Part shown: one piece after another, positions 28,760 to 45,886 of the stretch
Layout: the number at the start of each line of letters is the position of its first letter
Numbering within the stretch: the first letter of the stretch is position 1
DNA from: Octopus vulgaris
Lineage: Eukaryota
Direction of reading: 5' to 3'
Length of the DNA stretch: 64,000 nt
NCBI GenBank assembly: GCA_951406725.2
Contig: OX597829.1
Location: 10,106,001 to 10,170,000, forward strand
The notes under the pieces: generated by a model
What the model was told of the DNA's origin: nothing
Database searches by the model: none
Seen by the model: the letters and a program-made list of their open reading frames with translations, nothing else
Program-made: the position numbers and the translations under genes

Positions 28760-29401
28760 AAAGTGTTATCATTGTATCTTTAACCCTAACTGCAGTTATA
28801 ACGTCGTATAGACATATACGCATGGAACGCTAACTCAACGACCATGTATGTTGAATATTTTAATCGTGTCCTTTAAACCGCTATAAGAAACATAAAACAA
28901 AGCTTACAGAAATGCATATTTATCTATGCTCAGTTGAAAAACAAACGTGAAGAGAAACATTTTCTTTTTAATTATTTTATTTGTATAAATATAATATTTT
29001 ATATTTATTTACAAGAAGAAGATAACTTAGTCGTGAAGAAAAACGACTTTAAATTCCTTAGCTAATTTCTTTTTTCTATCTAATACGTTAACCAACAAAT
29101 CAAAATAGATTTGTAATTAACGTAGACATGGCATCAAAATTTACCGATGTCTCCAAAAGAGTGAGTGACGTGGAGTTGAATGACTACCGAACGAACACTA
29201 AAGTCTCTCCCCAAATCCAGGGTTTTTATAACTGCTCAACCTGATCAAAAATTCAGGACAAACATTCTTCTAGAATCCTTATACGAGCAGTTACACTAAC
29301 CAATGGGAAAAGAACGAAACTGACAATTCCTCGGCAAAGACATTACGTCATATTGCCAATTCGCGCCACATTTCAAAATGGCTAAAATGGCTATTGCTAC
29401 A
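28760..29401 (-). mobile_element. Second, one-ended copy of the 9014-9976 long-TIR element
   Basis: Reverse complement of its internal spacer plus one TIR, ending ...GGCTATTGCTACA. Confidence 0.85.
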
Positions 29402-29649
29402 CTATATTGAATATAGCAATAAGTACTCTACGCTTTTATTGAGTTCTCTTCTCTTAAATGTAGCAAACTCTAATAATGTCTGGGTGTGCATTTATGAATA
29501 TAGAAACATGCATGCGTGTGTGTGTGTGTGTGTGTGTGTGAGTGTGTGTTCCTATAAGGCGGCGAGGGCAGAATCATTAGCGGTATTTCATGTCTTTACG
29601 CTTTGTGTTTGAATTCCGCCGATGTCGATAAAATAATTTACAGTTTATA

Positions 29650-30451
29650 TGTGAGGTGGTACCGAAAAGAAACCGGAAATTTGCAACATTATGTTATTCA
29701 TTTTGTTTTACATGTTTGCACTTATATCATCTTCAAAGTATCTTCTGTTTGACAATGCATCGTTCCAGATGCGTTTTCCACTGGTCGAAGCAGTGTTGGA
29801 ACTCTTAAAAGTTATGCCTTTTAATGCCTCTGTCGTTTTGTCTTCATCTCATCCTCATCTGCAAATTCCGTAGCACCAGCTTTCGTGACTCGAGACTGCT
29901 TTTGATCTTCAGTGAGCAAGCGAGGAACACATTTTGCTGCAACTCTTTTCATTCGAAATTTCTCGCTCAAAATTCGTTGGCACGAGCTCCAAGACACATC
30001 AGTCATATCAACAAGTTCGTCGGTTGCTTAGTGACGGTCCTCCAGGATCAGTTCATGAATTTTCATGATGCTTTCATTCGTTCGAGAAGTCGACGGACGC
30101 TCGTTCCTAAAGCATGAAAACTACTCGCCAGCTCGTGTTTCGCTTATGTCAGCGTCCTTGTAAGATGTCTGAATCATGACAACTGTTTCGGCCGCCGTTT
30201 TCCCAGCAGAAAACTGAATTTCACAGAAACAAACTGTTCCCTCATTTCAGTCATCGCAAAAATCTACGAACAAGGGAGAAGCTCTACAAGGCAAAGACGC
30301 ACCATTTTGCAGTAGGACTGCAGTCGACGACGCCGGTCGGCAAACTGATGCCTGGGGGTCGCATCAAGTTGCTTCTAGCGAAGGAAGCCTGAACTAAACC
30401 GGGCTTGTCCCACAGAGAACATCTCCGGTTATTTTTGGGTACCACATTGTA
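29650..30451 (-). mobile_element. Internally deleted Tc1/mariner element
   Basis: TIRs GAGGTGGTACCGAAAAGAAACCGGA and TCCGGTTATTTTTGGGTACCACATTGTA; transposase relic ...SCQRILSEKFRMKRVAAKCVPRLLTEDQK (WVPxxL-type motif). Confidence 0.85.
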
Positions 30452-30453
30452 TC

Positions 30454-30751
<298 letters not shown>

Positions 30752-30773
30752 CAAATATATACATATATATATA

Positions 30774-31409
30774 TAAACATAGTATATAGGGTAATAAAAC
30801 TAAATTATTATTACCAGTGACCTAGCACAAAAGACGAATTAGTCATTAGACTATACGTTATTCATATATAGATACATTAAAAAGCTTCCAAATAAAGAAG
30901 AGAGTGCTAGATACACAAAAAGGGGATAAATTCATGAAATGGAATGACAATCAAAAACGTTACCATCTCAGCTAATCCTGTACTGCACTTTCATCTTTTT
31001 TTTAGCAAATGAATAGAATTTATCTGCCAAGGCCAGAATCGTCAGCAGGAAGCCTTTGTAATCCGAGCTGTACATACCGTTAGAAGCCCGTGCAAATCTA
31101 ACGATCTGTATACCCTAACTTTTCAGACCAGTGCGCAGACGCAAATTATACCCGGCGAACAGAGAGGATACCGGTAAAAACTTACGAGCAAATTCATCAA
31201 GCAATATTTAAACATAGTAAATAGGGTAATAAAACTAAATTATCATTACCAGTGACCTAGCACAAAAGACGAATTAGTCATTAGACTATACGTTATTCAT
31301 ATATAAATACATTAAAAGGCTTCTAAATAAAGAAGCGAGTGCTAGATACACAAAAATTTATCCCCTTTTTGTGAATCTAGCACTCGCTTCTTTATTTGGA
31401 AGCCTTTTA

Positions 31410-31415
<6 letters not shown>
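30774..31415 (-). mobile_element. 435-bp-period partly tandem element with an inverted terminus and a hammerhead motif (retrozyme or pLTR-like)
   Basis: Direct repeats 30774-30920 and 31209-31355; 31356-31415 is an inverted copy of ~30872-30931; TA-rich repeats on both sides. Confidence 0.7.
30976..31050 (-). ncRNA. Degenerate type-I hammerhead ribozyme motif
   Basis: Minus strand: tcctg CTGACGA ttct...agat GAAA gtgcag TA cagga. Stem I is a perfect 5 bp; there is a U-U at the base of stem II and a G-G in stem III. Confidence 0.6.
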
Positions 31416-31484
<69 letters not shown>

Positions 31485-31498
31485 TACATATATATAAA

Positions 31499-34350
<2,852 letters not shown>

Positions 34351-34718
34351 AATATATATATAATTAAAATAAGCAACACGGATATCCTAGGTAGTGTAGT
34401 ACAATCGTTTGAGGCTACTTCATTTTATTAAACACTGTAAGTATTACATCAATTTTAAAATGTCGAGCAATCTTCAGCCACATATAGAAATTTATAATTA
34501 AACGGACAATGCACATTTTTATACTTATTTCTTTTGCCAACATTACAAAAAGGGTAGATATATAGACAGAGAGGTTAATTTCATCATTAACAACACGGTG
34601 GTAGTATGTCCTTCTGCAACTGTAGATTTTTATTTAGATCTATCAGTGGGGAGGGGGTTTCTATTCTTGGTTCAATGGAGACAAACAAGAATTTTTTCTA
34701 TCTATAGATAGAGAAAAG

Positions 34719-34766
<48 letters not shown>

Positions 34767-34777
34767 CATATACATAT

Positions 34778-34885
34778 GTTCAGTCCCACTGCGTGGCATC
34801 TTGAGCAAGTGTCTTCTGCTATAGCCTCGGGCCGACCTAAGCCTTGTGAGTGGATTTGGTAGACGGAAACTGAAAGAAGCCTGTC

Positions 34886-34890
<5 letters not shown>
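34778..34890 (+). mobile_element. tRNA-derived SINE head fragment
   Basis: gttcagtcccactgcgtggcatcttg...gacggaaactgaaagaagcctgtcg, nearly identical to 61035-61145. Confidence 0.85.
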
Positions 34891-34948
<58 letters not shown>

Positions 34949-34981
34949 TATACATATATATATATATACATATATATATGA

Positions 34982-35072
<91 letters not shown>

Positions 35073-35385
35073 TGCACATATATGTATATATATCTTATAA
35101 TTAAGGGCTAAAGACGGTTATTCTAAAGCCAATACACTGATTTATCCACTTATAATCCACTTAAATCAGTGTATTGGCTTTAGAATAACCTTCTTTAGCT
35201 CTTAATTATAAGTTGTTTATACTTCAACCGTAAAGGTTTTTTTAATATACTGCCACGCTTTTTGATGGAATCCTTCTCTGTAGAGAAAGGGACTTCATCC
35301 TATATTGTTATATGTATATACATATATATATATAAATATATACATATATATATATATATAAATATATACATACATACACACACAT

Positions 35386-35420
<35 letters not shown>

Positions 35421-36283
35421 CGTGTGCGTATATGTATGTACATACATAGGTTTGTTTGTATAAATTTGCGTGTGTGCACGCGTGTATATATTCGCTGGAT
35501 ACCGCCAGGGTATGAGTTCGAGAGGTTCAGACGAAACATTCAACCCCGTAGGTATAGGGGTTGGGCAATTCGATATTAACGACCTTGGATACGAACAAAC
35601 TGCACTTACGAACTGCCATCTTCTCACCTCGTTCCGCAGTATCCTATCCACAATGACATCTTATGCTCAGCTTTAATATTTCATTAAACGCAGACGATCT
35701 AAACTGTTGGTTTCATTTCTTTCTTTCTTCCATTTTTTTCTTTTTTGTATGATTGTTAGAATGATTTTGTTGATTACCTTTTTACATGATCAAGTGACAA
35801 GATAATTAAAGCATCCTAAACGCTTCCATCACCATTATCACCGCCACCACCCCCACCCCCACCACTTTCAAAGGCATCATCACTACTTCTACCCATATTC
35901 CCGTTATCGTCTTCCACCACCTCACAACATCAGCGTCATCATCATAGTTGATAATCGTCCCATTAATCTCATGATCATTAAAATCGTCTTCGTCGCCATC
36001 ATCATCATCATCGTCATCATCACCATCATCATCTTTTTCTTCTTCCACTACTACTGCTGCTGCTGCTACTACTACTACTACTACTACTACTACTTGTACT
36101 ACCGTTTCTCCTATTACTACTTCTTGCTACTTCTACTACTACTTCTACTACTTCCACTACCACTGCTACTACTACTACTATCACTTCTTGCCGCTGATAT
36201 TACTACAACTACTACTCCTACTGCGAGTACTACTCTTACCGCCGCTGCTACTACTACTGCGAGTACTACTTCTCTTAGCGCTG

Positions 36284-36360
<77 letters not shown>

Positions 36361-36811
36361 TTTCCTCCATCTTCATCGTTTTTTTCTTTTTTTGCAACTT
36401 GTCTCCTCAATCCCTCCACCTCCCATCTTGTAGCAAATAAAGAAATTATTAACATTCCCTTGTTCTCCTCTGAATATTTTGTAAATATCATCTTGAGTGC
36501 CCTTCTTCGCCAATATGACCACCACATGACGGTTCCACTTTGACCTGGTGACACTTATGAAAGAGGTTGTATGGTAGTTGCGTTTGACGTGCACGATAGC
36601 GGAGAAGAAAGTGGTGCTCTCTAGAATAGTTGATCAAAGGTAGGTACAGGTGACGGAACTGATAAGCATGAGAGAACCAGACCTTCAATGCGGCTTAAAG
36701 TTTACATTCGTGGGTAGATAAATATTCGGAGTGCAAAGTGGTTGGCTCCAGGTGCTGGTTACCACCTGTGCCTTTTATAGGCATCAGTGTATGTATGTAT
36801 ATATGTATATA

Positions 36812-37420
36812 AAGAAATGGAATTAAACGCAGGTGTTATTCAAATCTTTATGCTTCCGATATATGTCTCGAAGAAAACATTGAGATTATTCCGGAGGGAA
36901 TATGATGTAAAACAATTCAATCATCTCATCAGGGAGAAAAATAGAAACAAAACACATCAATAAGCCATTTTAACTGAATGCGACTACCGCGTATATAATG
37001 AATGAGAACGCTGGCAAGTTATTTTTCATTAACGGTTTTTCAAAAAATAACTTGCCAGCGTTCCCCTTCATCATATACGCAGTAGTCGCATTCAGTTAAA
37101 ATGGCTTATTGATGTGTTTTGTTTCTATTTTTCTCCCTGATGAGATGATTGAATTGTTTTACATCATATTATTCCCTCCGGAATAATCTCAATGTTTTCT
37201 TCGAGACATATCGTATATCGGAAGTATAAAGATTTGAATAACACCTGCGTTTAACTCCATTTCTTAATTTATTTATGTAATTTCAAAAACATTTCACTAA
37301 ACTCTGGAATTTCTACCTTTATAAGTAGGCTGCATCATCATTGACACTTATATGAATTTTTACTACCCTGATAACTACTTATATATTTTTTTCCGTATTA
37401 TTTGTACACATTGAAAAAAT
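36812..37420 (+). mobile_element. pLTR-like element with a ~215-bp 5' inverted duplication and decayed hammerheads
   Basis: Arms 36812-37026 and 37043-37265. Each arm carries CTGATGA...tcttcGAGAcatat, homologous to the 23.1-kb ribozyme. Confidence 0.75.
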
Positions 37421-37428
37421 ACATATAC

Positions 37429-37505
<77 letters not shown>

Positions 37506-37509
37506 GGTT

Positions 37510-37540
<31 letters not shown>

Positions 37541-37799
37541 AAATATATATAGATAGATAGATAGATATGTATATATATATATAAGTTAATACAAAGAGAA
37601 GACACAACAAAGCGAGGACGTGGAACAAATATAGTATTATTGGACGCTCAGGAAGGAAGGGAAGAAGGAGGGCTTAACGTTTCGAGCGGACCTCTTTGTC
37701 GGGAACATAGGAGAAGGAAAGATCCAGAGAAGAGAAGACTGAGGGAAAAAAATCGCCAACGGTACACACGCGGTCACATTTTGAATGTATATATATATG

Positions 37800-37848
<49 letters not shown>

Positions 37849-37905
37849 CTATCTATCTATCTAGATATATCTATCTATCTATCTAGATATCTATCTATAT
37901 ATCTA

Positions 37906-37971
<66 letters not shown>

Positions 37972-38229
37972 TACATACATACATAATACATATGCATGCA
38001 TGATATATATACACATACAAACACATGTGACTGTGTGGAAGTGTGAGTGAGTAAAAGTCTGTGTGTACGAGCCTCCTTAATTTAGAAGCTTTTATTAGTA
38101 GCTAATACATATATTGTTTCGATAGTGTTCCGTTGCCGAACCGTCGAACCTTGTGCTCAGAAATTTCTGATCAGATTAAAATGCTCCTTCTTCTGTTTCT
38201 TAATGAAAAGTTTAGGTTCAGCTGGTCAG

Positions 38230-39035
38230 AAAATGTATCTGCCGTCAACATGCCCTCCGTGTAAGCCATCTTTAATGATGCACCGGCACGCGCTGTGACA
38301 GTGGCACCAACAGAAATATGTTGAGTACGGCAATGGTGTCAACGACGACGACAAAAGTTTGGACAATCTGGTGTAAGCGTCTTTCTTCAGGTCGTCTCTT
38401 TGACCGAGCTGCAGTTATTGCTCATGTGCAGACCAAGATTAGGTGTTTGACATCTAGAATGTTGCTTGGCGCTCACAGCATTGTGCTAGCTGGACCAAAC
38501 CATTAACGGTAAAACAACTAAAGGTTTCTGTAGGGTGTTAGTTGAGGCTATGGACGACGATGGCCTAGGATTGACTCTGCTCATCAACAGCTTGAGAAGT
38601 CTCTTCTAAAGAACTTGGACAACTTCCAAAAGTCTTTAACACAGCAATGCTTACAAGGTGGTTTATCTATTCGAATCAAGCTCTTCAGGGATGAAAGCAT
38701 CAACAGTCGAACGTGTCCAAGATGCATGCAGGGGTTACGAAACCATCCAGCACACAATTGTTCAGAGTCTGTGCATTAGAGATTTGTGGGCTTGTTCTGT
38801 TGGGTAGCTGTTGTCACGGGTAAGAAGAAACCGCCGGCTTTTCACTGAGTGTACAGTGTACGGTGAACAGAGAAAAATCGACGAACCACCTTTCATTGAC
38901 AGAGAAAGGAGGCAGATCTTTCTCTGTTTAATGGCTATAGCGAAAGAGGTTGTCTTGTGGACCCGCATGAAAGGTTTGAAGACGGGCACTTTCTTATATG
39001 GCCAAGCTCTCAATTTATTCAAGTATCATTAGAAG
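38230..39035 (+). mobile_element. Old, diverged Tx1-like ORF2 3' fragment
   Basis: PPFIDRERRQIFLCLMAIAKEVVLWTRMKGLKTGTFLYGQALNLFKYH matches the C-terminus of copies B and D. Confidence 0.8.
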
Positions 39036-39100
39036 AGAATATACTACTCTAGGTGCCGCCAACGCTGCTGTTGCTGCTACTACTACTACTACTACTACTG

Positions 39101-39232
<132 letters not shown>

Positions 39233-39335
39233 TTACTACTACCACTGCTGCTGCTGCTATTACTACTACTACTGCTGCTGCTGTTACTACTACCACTGCT
39301 GCTGCTGCTGTTACTACTACTACTACTGCTGCTGT

Positions 39336-39382
<47 letters not shown>

Positions 39383-39515
39383 GTGCATTTTTCTTTGGAG
39401 CATCGAAAAAAATGCCTTGCAGAATTTGTTTTCGCTGATTACATCCCTAATTCAATTAATTCCCGCTGACGTTCACATTACTTTCCATTCATCTGAGGTC
39501 AATAAAATTAAATAC

Positions 39516-39631
39516 CAGTCACATCTTGGTGTCGTTGTAATCAACTTATCCTCTTTCCTCAAAATTACTGGATTTCTGCTTGAATAAGAGAAAACGTTTA
39601 GCAGTATTATTGGTGTTTTTAATAATATCAA

Positions 39632-39692
<61 letters not shown>

Positions 39693-39702
39693 GTTATTAT
39701 TA

Positions 39703-39773
<71 letters not shown>

Positions 39774-39783
39774 GTTATTATTA

Positions 39784-39841
<58 letters not shown>

Positions 39842-40074
39842 TTTTTTTTTCTTCTTTCAAATTTGCTTCCATTTCTTGCCGAGTGTCTTCCCGACTCCTA
39901 GGGCAAAGAAACTCATAGCATACATTAGTAGGCCATTAAACCAAACTCAGTAGTTCGTTCCAGTCACATCTTGGTGTCGTTGTAATCAACTTATCCTCTT
40001 TCCTCAAAATTACTGGATTTCTGCTTGAATAAGAGAAAACGTTTAGCAGTATTATTGGTGTTTTTAATAATATC

Positions 40075-40134
<60 letters not shown>

Positions 40135-40144
40135 GTTATTATTA

Positions 40145-40212
<68 letters not shown>

Positions 40213-40222
40213 GTTATTATTA

Positions 40223-40286
<64 letters not shown>

Positions 40287-40404
40287 TTTTTTTTCTTCTT
40301 TCAAATTTGCTTCCATTTCTTGCCGAGTGTCTTCCCGACTCCTAGGGCAAAGAAACTCATAGCATACATTAGTAGGCCATTAAACCAAACTCAGTAGTTC
40401 GTTC
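39516..40404. repeat. Tandem duplication, 2 x ~445 bp
   Basis: 39516-39960 and 39961-40404 each contain a SINE fragment, (TTA)n and the Dong 3' UTR. Confidence 0.9.
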
Positions 40405-43400
40405 ATTTTTTTTTTTTAAAGTTAAATTAAAATACATGAGTAGCAACAGTTCTCACATCGACAATGCTCTTCTCAATACGTGTGATGTACCAGTTAAGAC
40501 AATCTTTTGCACTTCTTGCAGGGATGGTAAGCCAGGGATCATTCTCATATAATTTTCGGTTCCCTTCTTGATCATTCCTAGTGCTCCTACGATCACTGGT
40601 ATTGTAACAGCCTTGAGATGCCACATTTTCTCAATTTCAATGAGTAGGTCTTTATATTTTCTGAGCTTGTCAAACTCTTTCGCTGAGATTTTATGATCAC
40701 AGGGGATGCTCATGTCGATCAATAAGCAAACTTTATTGTTTTGGTCTTTCACAACAATATCTGGTTTATTGGCCTTGATGGTTCGGTCTGTATGTACTGG
40801 AAAGTCCCACAGAATGGTTACATTTTCTCCTTCAGTTACAGCCTCAGGGTGGTGATTATACCACTTGTCGGCAGTTTTGATATTGTAATGCCGACTTATT
40901 AGCCAGTGGAGATATTGGCCAACTCTGTCATGTCTTAATTTATACTCCACTGGTGCTAAGACTTTACATCCAGAGATTAGGTGGTCCACTGTTTCAATCA
41001 TGTCGTTGCAGAATCGGCATTTTGGGTCTGCTCCATTTTTCATCACATTGGCCTGGTAGTTCCGGGTTAATAGGCTTTGATCTTGAGCAGCCAGGATGAA
41101 ACCTTCGCTCTCTGCTTTTAGCCCTGAGCTCCGTAGCCACTGATGGGTTTGCTTCTGGTCAACATCAGCTTGTTTGCTGCGGGTCACATATTTGCCGTGC
41201 AGAGGTTTCTCCTCCCACCTATCAGCCAATTGCTCGTGCGCTTCGTTCATTGCCATCATTTTCACCTTCTTTGCAACAATAGTTGCCGTACTTCCCTCGG
41301 GTTGTTCAGTTTGGGTATCCTGCACGAGATCAATAGCAAATTTTTTGCTTTCCTTTATGATAGAATGAAGCTTCTTTCGTCTCTCGTGATTTTCCACGAG
41401 CTTTAGCATCCAGTCATTCGATATTTCGAGATATTTGGCCAGTCCAATTGTGGTTGTTTTGTAAGCTAGTTCAAATTGGATCAGGCCTCGACCTCCTTGG
41501 GCTCTGGGAAGGTAAAGGCAATCTACGTCTGCCTTTGGGTGGTGCATTCTATTACAACTCAGCAGCTTGCGTATATTTCTATCTATATTCTTTACTTCAC
41601 TCATATTCCAGTTCAACACATTGTAGCTATAAGTAACAACTGGAACTGCTAAGGAATTTATAGCTAACACCTTGTTACGTGCATTTAGTTCAGATTTCAG
41701 GACTGCACGAACTCTCTTATAACATTCCTTCCTGATTTTCTCTTTCATGCTTGCATGCTGAATACCAGAGCCTTCATTTATCCCTAAATATTTGTATGTT
41801 TGTTCTTGCTCAAGCTCTCTTATGACTATGTCAACATCTAACACGACTGAATTTGTGGTCTTCACTTTCCCTTTCTGGAAAGTGGCCTTGGCACACTTCT
41901 CAAGTCCAAACTCCATCCCGATGTCATCGCTGAATGCTTTCACGGTGCGCAATAGGCCTTCAAGTTCATTATTGTCTTTACCATAAAGTTTTAAGTCATC
42001 CATATAAAATAGATGGCTTATTTTTTTATTGGCAATTTTATACCCATACCCTGTTCTGTTTAATTCACTTGTAAGGGGTATTAGGGCTATGCAGAATATT
42101 AAAGGTGAAAGTGAGTCACCTTGAAAAATTCCACAGTTGATGTTTATATTTTCTGAGGCAAGTACTCCATTAGAGTGGTATAATTGGAGATTCGTATTCC
42201 ACAACGACATATTGTGCTTCAGGAAGTTTGAAATCACAGGGGAAATTCTGAAGATGTCCAGCGATCTCAAGATCCATGGATGCGGTATACTGTCGAAGGC
42301 CTTTTTGTAGTCAATCCATGCGGTGCTGAGATTTCTGCGCTTGTTGTGACAGTTCTCAAGGATCATACGATTGATTAGCAGTTGATCTTTGCATCCGTAA
42401 GAGCCTCGGCGGCACCCTTTTTGTTCAATGGGGAAAATATCGTTCTTCTCCATGAATGCATATGTTTTCTCCGCCAGGATAGACGTTAGGATTTTCTACG
42501 TGGTGGATAGACAGGTTATAGGCCGATAGTTTTTTGGAAGGTTGGTTTCGTTATTCTTTGGGAGTAGGTAAGTAATGCCACTTGCTAACCATTCAGGTGT
42601 TTTCTTTGGGTCTCTCATAATTCCATTAAGCAGCTGAACTAGCTTCCCGTGTGCGCATGGGAACGATGCGAGCCAGAAATTCGGCACCCTATCTTTACCG
42701 GGGGATTTCCAATTATGGGCCTTCGTGAGTGCCTTTCTTAGGTCTGCTATTGTGATGTCTTCCCATGCTTGTTGTTGTAAATTTTGGTAGGATCCTTCAG
42801 TTTGTATAATCCAGTCTGCATTTATGTTGTACGTCTTCTTGTCACTCCAAATCCTTTTCCAAAAGTTTTGAACTTCTTCCATGGGAGGGGGGTCTTTAAC
42901 GGTTACTTTCTCCTTCCCTATTTCTCTGTAGAATTTTTTGGCATTGGATGTGAACAGCTTATTTTGCTTGTAAAACTTGTTTCTCTTCTCAAATCTTCGT
43001 ATTCTTTGGGCTTTTGCTTGGACTTTTTGTTTCAGCGTTTCTTTTATTGATATCAGTTCTTCTCTTGGTGAGGATCCAAATTTTCTCTTCATCTTTCTTC
43101 CTGTTCTGGATCAAACATCATTTCCACATATTAGTTCATTTAATATTGATATTTCCCCTCTCATAAATTCAATCTCTTTTTCAATTTTACTTCTCCAGAT
43201 TTGATTTCTTCCCAGGTTTTGTTTTCTTTGTTTTTTCGGGGGCATACAGCTGGTTTCAATTGCCCTAGCAGAAGCGTAAATAATTTCATTTAACTCAGTA
43301 AAATCAGGTTTTAATTCTCGTATTATTTCATTTGTTACATAGTTGCCAATTTGGAATTTTTTTTATTTTGGTTTGTATTTGAGAGTTTATGAAGTGGTTC

Positions 43401-44165
43401 TCTATCATTCATACTTGTATGTCTTACAACTTCAAGCATATTCAGGATTTTCTGCCTCATTTCTGCCATAGACTCTCTGTGTTCTTCAGCAAATGCGAGA
43501 TCTTCAGTTACTGTTGTTTTTTCGTTTTCCTGGCTATCTTTAACAGGTACAATAGAATTTCTTGTATCTTCAGGCCTTTGCGTACTTTGGAAAGATGGCA
43601 GTCTTTCAATTAAGCCTCGTGGCGGGCTATACTGTTAATCTGATTCTTCATTTCCTTTGTGTCTTATATTTATGTCATTTTCCGTTGCGTGCTTGATCGC
43701 GCTTATTTCACTGTCTGTGAGTCTGTTATTTCTAAGGATATCCCTCCTCACATTTGCTAATTTGTTCTCGTCCAAATAGGGCCTACTGTCTTGATTCCGT
43801 GTTCTCCATATACTGTAAGAGTTTGCGGTGTGTCTCTCTTGAGATGGTCTACCTAATGCATAGTAATAAGCGTATATTACTTCTTTATACTCTTCTCGGG
43901 TCCATTTGTTCCGCTTACATTTTTCTTTCTGTGGTGGTTGTGGTGGTGAACTTGGAGGGCTCGAGTTGGGGGATTTCCCGTTCAAGTGACCATCCATGTC
44001 CGTATTCGGAGAAGAGTTTGTGCCAGTTGATGACTTTTCGATCCCAGGCTGGCTCTTCCCTGGGGGACGCGCTTCCAGATTAACCATAGGACAAGCGATT
44101 TGGTATACTGATTTAGTTTTCCTTTTAGCTTCCAAAAACATTTTGGTGCTACGATAATGTTATCA
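40286..44165 (-). mobile_element. Near-full-length R4/Dong-clade non-LTR retrotransposon with a (TAA)n tail
   Basis: Single-ORF RT+RLE architecture; the 3' UTR runs directly into (TAA)n. Confidence 0.93.
40453..44141 (-). pseudogene. RT plus restriction-like endonuclease polyprotein, interrupted
   Basis: NYRPITCL, EQKGC, WIDYKKAFDS, GIFQGDSLSP, YMDD, CRFC..H..C, RHD, KPDIVV, KY. ORFs 42496-43092 and 40453-42453 are in frame, separated by one TAG; there are further breaks upstream. Confidence 0.93.
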
Positions 44166-44577
44166 TTTTTTAGCTTTGATTGGCTCGTGGGGAGACGGCC
44201 ATCATTGCCGTTACAATTATAATCGTACCATTATAGCAGCCGTAGTCGGCTTATTATTGTTATTATCATCACCATTACCATCACTATCATCATTATCACC
44301 ACCATTACCATCATCATTATCATCATCACCATCGCCATCATCATCATCATCATCATCAATGATATTGTTTTATGTGTAGTCACAGCAGTATCTTATTATT
44401 GTTATTTTTGTTTTTTATCATTATCACCATCACAGTAGTGTCTGTCTGTCTCGTTGGCTGGATTGGTGGTTGGCTGGCTGACTGTCTTCAACGCCAGAGT
44501 TCTTGCCTGTCAAATAATACTTTCTTTGTGTTTGTTGAACTCTTTGAGTGTGTGTGTGTGTAGATAGATAGATAGAT

Positions 44578-45470
<893 letters not shown>

Positions 45471-45850
45471 TATGTAGTTTTTTAAATTTTATTTTGTTTC
45501 TCGTTCTTTAATTTATTGTAATTTGGTTATGATGCGCGATTTGTATCGCTCAACAGTTAGATAATATTACAGTTGTTGTTCGATCGTTTCAAATGAAATC
45601 GATTATTGGTTTTTATAATTTTGTGCATGTTATTTTAGAAGCTTGCAATTTTATGACATAAAGCTTCGTACACGCAATATTTTTTAAAATTTAAATTCCA
45701 ATTAATTTGTTTCAATATTAAATACATTTTGTTACATTTATCTAAATAAATAAATATATATTTAAATATAGACATACATCCAGATGCACGCACTCATGCT
45801 CATACTCACACACACACACGCACAAAGGTACTCGCGCGCGTACTGGCTCA

Positions 45851-45886
<36 letters not shown>

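Noticed and set aside
35480-35700. Unique sequence with a 68-aa ORF and a minus-strand GTAAGT donor-like site
   Set aside because: No recognisable protein, and no convincing acceptor or start codon.
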